Part shown: positions 39,037 through 50,612 of the stretch, one piece after another
How positions within the stretch are numbered: position 1 is the stretch's first letter
Layout: every line of letters starts with the position of its first letter
Assembly (NCBI GenBank): GCA_040954595.2
Contig: CM082587.2
Location: 8,933,403-8,997,402 of the forward strand
Source of the DNA: Balanoglossus misakiensis
Taxonomy: Eukaryota > Animalia > Hemichordata
Length of the DNA stretch: 64,000 nucleotides
Direction of reading: 5' to 3'
Notes under the pieces: generated by a model
The model's database searches: none
Told to the model about the DNA's origin: nothing
Seen by the model: the letters and a program-made list of their open reading frames with translations, nothing else
Position numbers and translations under genes: made by a program

Positions 39037-42000
39037 GTATGTTTTAGTGATATAGTCTTTACCTATTTAAATATATCCACCGTTGAGTGTCTTAACGTCA
39101 CTCGCCACAAAGTGCTCGTACCAGTATGGAAAATTTCGTGCACACAGCAAAAGAATAATCGTGTACGACATGATGGATGTTGCTGGAAACATCGTTTATC
39201 AATCCTTCTGATACATGTTTTTTCCATCTTATAATTCAACTCCTTAATGTGGAGTTTTGACAGAACATATACAGTGCACTGAAAATCACATGACTAAGTG
39301 AAGTTATTTGAATTTCAGCTGAGGCAGTAAATCGACCTGGCCCGTCTCCTGTCTCATCTGGAACCCGAACAGAACATGATAGAGTGCAGTCTAGCATCTC
39401 TGAAGCGCATCGCGTTCCTGGCAGTGGTGGTAATATACTTAATATGATTCTCCGCTCATTGCGAGGTCTCGCCATACTTGGTTACTTTACCGTAGCATCG
39501 GGTTGCTTGCCAAGTAATTCAGGTCAAGCTTTGTACTAAACTAGAATAGGTGCACAGTTTGATACATTTGTGTGTCGTTTTAAACGATGGGCCAGTCGTT
39601 GTTTGCCCTGTGTCGCATGAGAATGCCCGCCCATATAACTGCCCAGCCATGCAAGGTCTCGTGGAGTTCTGAAAATGGTCTATTGTCAGTTTGTTTGTGT
39701 TTATTGCAGTGCAGAATGTTTATTTATCAATAGCATAATATCATGTCCACGTAAGAAATTCCATTATTATACATCTGGCACCGAGAACAATAGAATTTAG
39801 CGTGCACTAAAAAAGCCGTACGGAACGGTACGTACGGAACGCATGTTAAATACGCCTTAAGTTTCAAGGCACCCCAACTCACTGTGTACAGGTATGCGTT
39901 GTTATGCATAATTATTCCGTGTTATATACTGTGTATGCTTATTTTCAAGTTCTTAAAAAGCTATATACTGACGATTTTCTCTTATTTACCACGCGGAGAT
40001 TTTTATCTTTTCAGGAGACGGTGCCCATAGAGGTGAACGACCTTCATCGTCAACGCATGCGCAATCGCAAGCACCACACAAATCAAAGAAGGGCACATCC
40101 AATAAGTCTGCAGCTGATGGTTCCGAAGACATAGGTAAATTTAACTATTTTAACTAAAATTTGGATCTGTCATCGTTGACGGTACAACCCATTTCTCGTT
40201 TCTTTTTACAATACTGCATATCGTTTCTTTTGGAATTGGGTGATGGGGTATACCTGGGGCCCACCCACATTCCCATGTTCAATGGGGGGGGGGGGGGGGG
40301 GGGGGTCATTCACCTTTTGATATCCACAAAATAGAATCCATCCCCAGGCTGAAGAAACTGACCAGTCCCTGAGAATCATTCTTTCCTCCCAGATATCAAG
40401 GTGACTGTACAAGATGGAATGGGTAATGAGCCTCAAGCAGAGCTTGAGCGAGCTGCCATTGACGTTATCACAAACGATGACCAATTACCAAACGTCAAGA
40501 AATATGTTCAGAGCAACGGCGCCACTATAGGCGACATTTCACATGGGCAAAGTCTCATTGTTTCTGTGAAATGTACAACGTTAGAGGGTCTGGAAAATAT
40601 CTGGTCTGACATGTGGACTGGAAAGCTGAACGATGTATTCCGGAAGGATCTGATTACAAGGAGGGTACTGACACAAGTGAAAACGACAACAATTGACCTG
40701 AAAGCGAATATCCGAACATGGGAATATAGAAGTTGCAAAGCCAACCTACAAGTTGCTCTGAGAGGTACCTTCTTGTTTTTAAGTTTTCGAGTGGGCTCTC
40801 ATGATGATTTTGCTGATACTAGCATGTCCGTTGTTCAGATTCAGTTATGTCATTATTATGTTTCCTTCAGCAAAACATCTTTACCAAACTTACATTCTTC
40901 AAGTAATAAATATGAAGAAAAACACATATTTATAATCAAATTATTTACATTTGGAACAGAGTCGAGGAAACCGTCATCCGGGATCCGCTGTAACATTAAT
41001 CTCTTGAACTTATGTACCATATGTGACCACGCAATATATAGGTCTAAACGGGTTAACCTATTGCATGGTCACATGGTATTTGTTTACAACTTAAATACTT
41101 CTGTTTTATTCATAGAACAAGAAGTCGTATCATCTAGTAAAGTTGGTGTGACCGAAGGTATAAGATCACTTCGAAGAAGGCGATCAATGAAGGTGAACAA
41201 TGTTTTCCTTGGAATAAATCAACGTTGTCATGTTTTCTAGGAAGCGCATTCTCTGTCGATGTTTAATGGGGCTATGCTTCCTGCGCCGAAAATGTGTTAC
41301 ATTGTGTGATTGTTGTTGATAAAATAATTGTCAGGGCGATGGAACAACTTTATCATTATAGCTATGCATTTAGGAAACTTTAGAAACCATCAATAGTTCA
41401 TGTGGTATTGTCAATATAGCTGACTTTATATTCTATCACCAAAGAAGCTGCACTCTTTCATCAATATAACATTGCCACAAAAAGTGTGTTTAAAGCTTCT
41501 GTTTTGAGGTTTCTAAATAAACAACCCCCCCCCCCCCCCAATGAACAGGTGTTATCTTCATCTTGGTTGTCGATCATATTACTTGTCATGAACATTTTAT
41601 GGTGGGGAAAGTAACTAAATTGTTCTATGCATCCATCACTATACAGATAATCCAAGATCCAATTCATGGTACTATCGAACTGGAGCCAGTATACACCACC
41701 ATCATCGATACACCTGAGTTTCAGCGTTTAAGGAATCTGAAAAAGATGGGTACAGTGAACTTTGTCTATCCCGGTGCAGTTCACACAAGATTCGAACATA
41801 GCATTGGGTAAGTGGTTGACTCAAATGTGAATTCAAAATTGGAACTTAGAAAAGGACAGGACTTAGTTGAATTGAGAAAGTAAAGTTTCATTACACAGTT
41901 ACAGAGGAACCGCCATTGGTTACAAGATTGTTAAGATATTTTGGATAAGGTTATGAATGCTAATGACTCAAGTTACTAACTTGTTTAGTGTCACAGAAAT

Positions 42001-45000
42001 CAGTTCAATAGGTACCAAAGTTGTATTCAAAAGTAAGCAACGATTGTATAATTGACAAACACTTGTTCATGTCAATTGGATGACTAGGACATGTCACCTT
42101 GCCCTGAAGTTAGTCAGACACTTGAAAGAGAATTATCAAGATACATTGGCGATAACAAAGGAAGAAGAACTTTGCGTTGGTCTTGCTGCACTTTGCTTCG
42201 ACTTGGGTAGGTACATGATTTGTGTGCAAGTTTTGTTGTCAGTACTACGATTACAACTGTGTTGTGCTGGTGGTGTTGTGTTGTGATGTACGTGTTCTGT
42301 TGTGTTGATATGTTGTGTTCTGTTCTGTTCTGTTGTGTTGATGTGTTGTATTGTTTTGTCCTATGTTACTTTCTTTTGTCTTCTCCTTTGCTGAGTTTTG
42401 TTGTGTTTTGCCCTTTTGTATTCATTTCTGTTGTTTATAAGAGGGGTTGCGTCACTGTGGTACGTTACCATGCATAACACAATCTTGTGCTGTTTTACGC
42501 ACTGATACGATCTCTTCCTTATCATTTAACGTTTTGTTTTGGAACAACAGGTCATGGACCATTTTCGGAGCTCTTTGAACAGCGCATAATACCATCACTT
42601 ATCGCAAATAAAACCATCAAAAATCCTGAAAACGAAGAGTGGAAAGTAAGTTGCTCATTGAAATCAACCTGGGGGTTCATTAGTGTTAAGTTCATTATTT
42701 TAAGTGACACAGTCTCATCGCCAAATATGGCCTAATACTTTCGTACCCAACCATATCAAAAATATGTAACTCTACAATAAATCATACATGCGTGAGATAC
42801 CGTCACAGTTATGTGAATTGTAACTCCCATGATGCCACATTCCTTGAGCAGTGCTGTCAAACATAATGTTGTTTATATATGCCACAGCACACACTTCTCT
42901 CTGTCAAGATTTTCGACTTGATGGTGGAAAAGTACAATCTACGAGATGTTTTTGATGAGTATGAATACCGCATGGATGACTTGCACCTCCATTTGGTAAA
43001 AGAAATGATCTACGGCCCTCTTCAGCTCGGTAAAAAAGACTATACCAAGGTAAAGTGGAAATTATATTATATCATGCTACCGTCCACCATTCTGATTAGA
43101 CGAGAGCGATGGTAAAATACTGTTTTACCACTGCTGGCAGTGGTAAAACGGGCCCCGGAACTAGCATGCAGCAGGGAAATGTGCGGTTAAACCACAGTTG
43201 TGTGGGATTAAACCAAATAAGTAACATAAAAACACTTGCTATATGTCTAGAATTGTACCAAAATCGTATGTTATTACTTAATTAATGGACCATTATTATG
43301 TTGGTTTTTTTGTGATTTTATTCGATTTTCCCCAATACATCCAAGAAAATTGGTTTTTGGTATTGAAATCTGATTTTAATACAACTGAAGCATTATTAAC
43401 TATATTTTTTTCTTCTTTTTTTAGGCTGAAACCTACGAGGCAACAAGTTCATACAGATATTTCCTGTATGAGGTAAGAAACATGATTCCAAACTATTTAA
43501 CAATATTGTACATTCATTTATTTCATTTATTCACAAGATGTCAGCATACTACGACCACGTGCATTATTCAGAACAATTAGCTTTCCAATAAATCTGTAAG
43601 ATGTAGTCATGAACTGAAAATGTGTTTACAGTCTAACTGATCATTCAAGGGTGAATGTCATGTTTGACTAGCAATCCCATTGTCAAGTTAATCTGTTTCA
43701 TATTGAACATACATGGACTTGTATGAAGAATTTCAAAATTTTAAGAGCTTACACATTATGTTCTGTAAACCACTTTATTTTCGCGAGCAATACATTTTCG
43801 CGAAATACGCGAGAGCCAAAATAGCGTGAAAATAAAAAGTCGCGTAATTTTTTTTGAAGATAACGATGAAGTGAATGAAATAAGAGAACACGAAAATTAA
43901 TGCTCGTGAAATAGTGCCTCTCTCGATATCGCGAAAATTTCAACTCGCAAAAATAAAGTGTTTTACAGTATTTGTCAACTTTAAACTGTTTGCAATAGAC
44001 TTTACTGAAGCGCTTGAAGAATGCTAATTTTACATTTTTAATGCCAACGCAGATAGTGTCGAATAGACTCAATCATTTCGACACCAAAGAATGGGACGGT
44101 TTTTCCCGTGATAGTCATCAGCTTCGCATAGTACATGAGATCGGGAACTCAATGCATGATCGATTCATCAAATTTGCAAGGGTATTGGAAGATCCTGACA
44201 CATTTAAATCTGCAAAGCGTCTGTGTTTTCGCGACAAGGTAAGGGCAGCTTTATATTGTGATCATATGAATTTTCCGAAACCAGGGACAAAGGTTATCTG
44301 ACAGACCAATAACTGATTTGCGTAATGTTGCTCATTTTTTTTATTCAAAAGAAGATATATTGTATATTTACATTGCTTGATATATTTTTGCACAATTTTT
44401 ATTTTGCGCGTTGACAGGAAGCCACCAGTACATGTGAAATGCTCCTGGCCAGAGACAGACAGAAAAACCTAACAAGTTTTCATCCAGTAAAACTTGCTAT
44501 TGATACCATGTAAGTAGATAGTAAATGATCTTTTGGCAAATGCATCTCATTTCCTTAGTGTTTAGTTTGTCAAGAGGTTGTAAACGTATATGTATATATA
44601 ATAACACATATGAGTGTTTCGTTCGGTGAAACTTCTCACATAGTGCAAATGTATGCCAGATTATAATTGTTATGTTGAATGAAGTGTGTAACAATGATGT
44701 CATGCTGTGAATATATGATTAATCATGATCTCATCTGTATGACGTCACACTTTCAGGATAACAGATGCCGTTGTTGCTGCTGTTCCTCATCTGAAACTGA
44801 GAAAGCGAAATGGGTGAGCAATTTGCCTGCCCCCCCCCCCAACAGTCTACATGACGAGAGATGGGGAGAGGGGGCAGAGAAAAAGAGGTGGATATTTGAA
44901 AGAGATAGTTGAAAGATAGTTGAGAGGTTGAGCCAGAGTGAGAGAGAGAGATGAAAAATAAGTGAGAGATATTTGAGAGGGGGGATCGAGGGAGAGGGGT

Positions 45001-48000
45001 GAAAGAGAGAGAGGAAAAATAAGTGAGAGATACTTGAGAGGCTTTGAGAGGGGGAGGGAGGGAGAGAGGGCTGAAAGAGAGAGAGGAAAAATAAGTGAGA
45101 GATACTTGAGAGGCTTTGAGAGGGGGAGGGAGGGAGAAAGGGTGAAAGAGAGAGAGGATGAGAGGCTAGAGAAAGAGAGTGAGGGAGGGCCCTCCATCTG
45201 TCGAGGGAGAGTGAGAGAGCAATTTTTTGATTACCATATGCATCATAGGTGAATTTCAGTTTGCAATTGGACAAAATCATGTCAATTTTTATAAAAGCTT
45301 ACATGAATACATAATTACAAATGTACTTGCAATGGTAGTACTAGTATTGTATTCATATACATGGCTAGATAACTTACATGTATATGCCTTCCTGCCTTCC
45401 ATCTTCCTTCTGTCCCTTGTTTGCTTATGTAGTGCAGAACTGTATGCACTTGATTTGACCGAAGCTTTGTATTGTTCAATTCAGGGAACTTGCTGACTTG
45501 TCAGAAATGCTGATTGACATGGACGTGTTCACAACCCTGGATGATAATACTATCTGGAACGAGATTCTCAAGTCATATGGTAATGAGAAGCTGGCAGAAG
45601 CCCGGTCAATACTGGAAAAGGTTCAGCGTCGTGCAATCTATAAGTTTGTGTATAGAATGGATATTCCTGACAACAAGAGCGAAAAGGTAACACTGTGTTT
45701 ACACATTATCTGTTGGTAATACACATTGCAGGCATCTCAAGTACAAGTAATTCTTGTTATAACCATGGAATTAACAGGGGCCAGGGGAAGATGCTTTGGT
45801 CCCATCAAGATTGTGGCAGTGCATTGATGGTTCAGTCGTTTACTTGAAATCCTTGCCATTACTTTTAATTAATATGCATGATGAATGCTGGGCCACCAAT
45901 GGACAGCTATATGTCCATACCATATCTCCATACCAACATGTATTTGCAAGATATGAGATTTTAGCAGACTTTGAACTAAATATGATTTTATACATGGATT
46001 TTTGTTTATGCCCAGGACATAAGAGTAGAAGACATATTGGAATGTAACGCAAATGATGGATCTTTGGGAAAAGAAGATCTGTGCTTAACGGTAAATATTC
46101 TAATTTTATATACCGGTAATACGCAGTCAATCCTGGTTCTTGTATTATGCGGAGGATTTCTCTTATTCTGATAAAACACTGGCAGTTTTCTAAACTGAAG
46201 TAACCAATCTCTCAAATGTCTGTGTATACTACTAACATACAAGTTCTACGACAGACAAAATATAGAGTGACTTGTTTTGCGGGTTTACTTCTTGAACAGT
46301 CACTGCTCATGTGAACAGAGTAGACACATAATTCTGGCTGCCTTAAATAGGTTTTCACTTTGCGCTAGGGGGTCAAATCACATTGCATTCTGGGCAAAAA
46401 GTCGACAACCCACTGTAGTAAGAGATAGAAGAAACGATATGTTTACTGTATTTCATGACTTCCTTTGGTCAAACATGTCTGTCTTTGTAGTTACCATATT
46501 AAACTCATTAAACTTTTTTTACATTTTGTTATTTTTTCTGTTAAAAAGTTTCAAAATGACCCATCATCACTTTAGCTTTAATATGAACTCCCATTTCTTA
46601 AACATGGCAAAAATCAGCCATCTTAAAAATTGTGTCGACCATATGTGATTTTCATCACTCACATAGGGAGCTTAAAACCTATTTAAGGTAGGGAGAATTG
46701 TAATGCAGCTTTTATGTTTGAAACACAGATGGTGACGAAGGATTATGGACTAGGAGATCAAAATCCATTGGATGAACTGCTTTTCTACAGCAAACAAATA
46801 CCTATTGCGAGGCACGCTCTTCCTGGGGAGGTGAGCACGCCCAGGATTTTAAAGATTTCATCTGTAAGTAAAGTCAAAATTAAAAGGGAAGTATAATGTA
46901 TTATCATCTTTTCTAGTAGGCAAACTTGACCTTGCCAATGGATAATGTAAACACAAAATTGTTGCATCTGTCTTTAAAGAGGTCTTCAGAAAATATACTC
47001 TAAAAGGTTTCAATTAGGTATTTTTCTAATCTGATTCAAACCAGATGTAGTGTTAGGTGCTGGTGATAGTTTGGGCTGTTCTGTTCTCTGTCTTGGCTGT
47101 TCTCAGATGTAGGAGCCACGCATTTTAATCACATTGGTATATTTCATGACTCTAACCTGCAGTAGTTAAGAAAGACAAATATTTTAAGTCCTGTTTCTTT
47201 ATGACATATGCTAACATTGCTTTGTATACAGTATAGCCTATCCATATTGTATAATGAATGTTTGCATTCATGATCTATGTATTGTTTGCCAGCCAATGTT
47301 TTAAATCATCTCCACAGGTATCAGATCACATGCCGAAGATATTTCAAGAACGGAAACTCTTTGTTTATGTGAAAGACCCCTCTAAGATGGATATCGCAAG
47401 ACGTGTACTAGAGGAATGGGCGGACAAAATCATTCTATCCAAGGTAATGTTGTTCATGGCCTTTATTGATCAACATAACCGACTAGCTATAAAACTAATT
47501 AAATAACTAATTACTAACCAACTTACAAACCCAAACATATTCACCAATTTATTAATTACAAATCTTGTAATTATTTGTTATTAATTAATTAATCAACCAA
47601 ATTCATCTATCAGATAATTAACCATTTACGTAATTCATTTAATACGGGGTGTGAGTTTTCCTATAAGTCAGTCAACCAATCTATCAATCAATCCTTGTGA
47701 ATGTGTAAAATTATATGTCTGATGTACACATGTGTTTGAAAAAAGATATGGAAAGAAGAGATCAGCATTCAATATAACCCTGGATAACTGTCGAACTTTA
47801 CTTGTGTCTCCCTCTCTCTCTGATTGCCTGTGTATATACCCAGCTTCAATACGTCTACCCCTCTGTATATTTTTCAAGAATATGCATATTGTCATTTTGT
47901 AGATTACCATGCCCTATGGTACAGAAGGAATTCCTATGAAGCCTGGATTGAAGCGTGAACACGGCGAAGGTTCTCAGGATGAAAGTGTTAAAAAGGTCCC

Positions 48001-48022
48001 AAAATTACATGAAAGAAATTAG
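37740..48022 (+). CDS. Chimeric protein: GT-B (GT4-like) glycosyltransferase-like domain + low-complexity linker + TRADD-N-like domain + SAMHD1-like HD/dNTPase module with a degenerate active site; 18 exons, ~1173 aa
   Basis: Exons 37740-39036, 39319-39429, 40015-40134, 40393-40764, 41116-41192, 41647-41807, 42088-42206, 42551-42645, 42888-43049, 43425-43472, 44053-44238, 44418-44509, 44757-44813, 45485-45686, 46016-46090, 46729-46830, 47318-47443, 47903-48022. All introns are GT-AG, phases chain correctly, 3522 nt with no internal stop. SAMHD1 motifs: MKIIQDPIHG, IIDTPEFQRLR, HTRFEHSIG, DLGHGPFS, FLYEIVSN, RFIKFARV, CFRDKE, DYGLGDQNP, FYSK, MPKIFQE. The join of the GT part to the HD part is inferred from splice phases. 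Confidence 0.82.
40393..40764 (+). other. TRADD-N-like domain exon (phase 1-1)
   Basis: GQSLIVSVKCTTLEGLENIWSDMWTGKLNDVFRKDLIT..VL......DLKANI...EY..CK..L matches the remembered TRADD-like N-terminal pattern GS.I..V.C.....L..LW.DY.SG.L. Confidence 0.7.
43763..43970. mobile_element. CTGTAAA...TTTACAG MITE (TA-flanked, Tc1/mariner-like); related copies at 6519-6683, ~11240-11398, ~56815-56955 and 57227-57440
   Basis: TIRs CTGTAAA.CAC.TTATTTTCGCGA / TCGCAAAAATAAAGTGTTTTACAG. 57227-57440 is a close copy. Confidence 0.8.
44851..45218 (+). repeat. Polypurine (GA-rich) tract with a ~70-bp tandem duplication
   Basis: GAAAGAGAGAGAGGAAAAATAAGTGAGAGATACTTGAGAGGCTTTGAGAGGGGGAGGGAGGGAGA is repeated. Confidence 0.85.
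46330..46699. mobile_element. Second copy of the 20363-20702 TIR element, in an intron of the chimeric gene
   Basis: Direct sequence similarity and matching TIRs. Confidence 0.75.
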
Positions 48023-48179
48023 TCTGATTTTAATATTTTAGAAGTTCACGTACTTGGCCTCTGCCCACAATCTACATGGATGTGGAAGAAATTTTATTAA
48101 GTGTTTCATTGTATTCTCTGGCAGATCTCTCACGAACCTAACAAAATATGTCTTTTTTTTCATGTTTGTTTGTTATGAG

Positions 48180-48310
48180 TGATGACGTTTCAAAAGATGG
48201 CGCGTGCGCTCAGGAACTACATCCAGAAGGACGTCATGGAGAGATGTCGGGGTAAACTGCACTACAAATTCCGCCGAGAGACGATGATTAAATATCAAAA
48301 CATGACATGA
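48180..48310 (+). pseudogene. Orphan terminal exon of a Spi/PU.1-family ETS transcription factor (recognition helix and wing)
   Basis: 48182-48310 reads [42 protein letters not shown], against PU.1 [30 protein letters not shown]. It is preceded by CTAAC (~48138), a T-rich tract and AG (48178-48179). I found no N-terminal half of the ETS domain in the window. Confidence 0.75.
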
Positions 48311-49283
48311 GCACGCAAAGTGCTTACGTAAGTTTACCAATAATGTTTATAAGGAGGCTGGTATACTATAACAATCACCAAGAATTGGTCTGCAAGTGCC
48401 ATGCAGACAACAAAATGTGAGGATCTCGCAAATAAGCTGCGTATCCTGGATTGGGCTGTTTTATACATTGTATGGTATGTACAGAGTTCCTGCGAACACG
48501 ACTTCTTTTCGCCAAACCTGTTGTACCTTAAGAACGCTCTTTGTACATTGGTATCAAACTCTGTTGTCACTTGTGTTCGTTTATTCAACCACCCGACTGC
48601 ATTTAGGCACAGACCAATCCCGTCCTGGAAGCATTGATATTTCCATGGTTACTTTTCTCAGAGTTTGTTTATCTGTATTATATGTAAATAACAAGCTTTT
48701 CACTTTTGAATTATTTGAAATATGATTGATTTCTTTTTTTTTCTGTTGTCAAGTTTTCAAGTTTTTTAGACTGTAAAAGTAAAACTTTGTCACTCTGTGA
48801 CGTTCATTTCATATGTTATGATTTTACGGGGCAATTTGACCTTAAGTATGCTGTTCCAAACCGAATGCAAAGCCAAAAAATTGCAGCACTTGTTATCTCT
48901 CTTTTTGAGAATTCATACAAGCTCCCATTCTGAGAAATATTGGATTATTAAATGGGGGTATGTTATCTGATTACCCGATATTTTCTTCGGGTTTTTGGAA
49001 GGGGTGAAGTATTTCTTTTATCGTGACGCACACAAATACAATTCGCACAAAACATTGAAGCAACATTTTAAGGGAACTGATTATTTCATTTATTGTATAC
49101 TCAATGTCAGTATATATGACAGATTTAAATGGTTTTACTGTTTTGAATTACTTCACTTTGGGGGTGTAGCACACCTGGCTTTGTGGAGATGTATATGTGT
49201 TGGTAAGTGAAAGAGAAAAAATAAAACAAAACAGCATGGTCAAAATGGTCTTTAATTCTTTCTCGCATTTTGAACTCAAAAAC

Positions 49284-49639
49284 TTAAAGGGACAAAGTCT
49301 CTCTCTCGCTGCCCTTTTTTCCATTAATTATATTTGATACAAGACACCATTTGTTATTCTACATGTGGATATATAGTGAATCAACGTTCAACCACGCACA
49401 ACTTCCATCCCTCTTATAGACAGGAGAGTGAAATAACTCGCCAAAATGAATAATCGTTCTTTACCATTTATTCATTTTGGGCGAGTTTTTACTCTCATAT
49501 CATACAAGTGGGATGGAAGTTTTGTGTGGTCGAACATTGATTCACTGTATATCCACATGTAGAATAACATAAACGGTGTCTTGTATCAAACATAATTAAT
49601 GGAAAAAAGGGCAGCGAGAGAGAGACTTTGTCCCTTTAA
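49284..49639. mobile_element. Palindromic TTAA MITE, copy 3
   Basis: TTAAAGGGACAAAGTCTCTC ... GAGAGACTTTGTCCCTTTAA. Confidence 0.88.
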
Positions 49640-50326
49640 CAATGTGTTAAGGGGGGAAGGGTCTTTCATCAAACGAAATTAGCTTCGTTTGCCGGGTTTT
49701 GTAATTAATCAGGAACTCCTATACGCCTATACCTAAGAATACTTCGCACATGGTCTTGTCATATGTGTCTTTTGACGAGAGAAAAATTTAAGTGAATAGT
49801 CGACAGTTCAAGCAGAAAGATTTTAGTGCATAAAGTCACTGTCATTAAATAAAATTTAACATTTCAAGAAAGACTGATTTCATTGGCAATACAGAACTTT
49901 GCTCGACTGTGTGCAAATTACAAAAATCCATAATTGAAATATAAGAAAAATTGCCCTTATTTTTGATACAAAATATATTTTGGCTGGCCTCGTACATTTT
50001 TAAAGAAACGAAAATAAAAAGTAACTTGTTTTTCGAATACAGCAAGCATACTTGGTTAGTGTATAGTAGTAGGCCGGGTATTATAGTCAAATGCTGACAA
50101 TGTCATGGATGGGATGGAGGTAAGGCTGGCTATGCCTTTGTTGTCATGGGAAGGTGTCATCAATCGCTGGACGGCAAAAGGTCCTTCCTGCGCAGTGTTC
50201 GTTTCTATACTTCTCAAACGCTATGTGGTTTTCATGTGTCAGTGAAAAACGCCATTTCTTTACAACCACAACGCAAAACAATGGATGGAAATTTGAAAAG
50301 CGGATTGTCATGTGACAACTTCGAGC

Positions 50327-50508
50327 TTAAAGGTATACGGTCACCTCCAATTTACATATCGCCATATATAGTTGAAATGGCGTATTTTAGTGTTCTAAAG
50401 AACACTTTATTTTCGCGTGTGCCACCCACTGAAAACCTGTGATTGGTTAGATCTCAATTTACCATGGTAACTGTGGCTAAATTTGTGTAGGTGACCGTAT
50501 ACCTTTAA
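50327..50508. mobile_element. TTAA-flanked MITE AGGTATACGGTCACCT...AGGTGACCGTATACCT
   Basis: Perfect 16-bp TIRs inside TTAA. Confidence 0.8.
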
Positions 50509-50612
50509 TTAAAGTGACGGTAGAATATCTGTGGCAGGCGTGTATTTTTGCTCAAACAGTACTGGAGTATTGTAAGAACGGACGTATCTGTGGGTAAGGC
50601 ATCTTGGTCTCT

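Noticed and set aside
37719-39047. Treating the 442-aa ORF as a stand-alone intronless or horizontally acquired gene
   Set aside because: A consensus donor (AAG|gtatgt at 39037) precedes the stop and is phase-compatible with the downstream exons. A short isoform cannot be excluded without transcripts.
44753-45280. 175-aa Ser/Leu/Pro-rich ORF
   Set aside because: Translation of the polypyrimidine strand of a GA-rich intronic repeat.
48190-48275. YY1-like (AAGATGGCG) and ZNF143-like (ACTACA) promoter motifs
   Set aside because: They are fully explained by the codons of the ETS-domain fragment (KMA, NY, HY).
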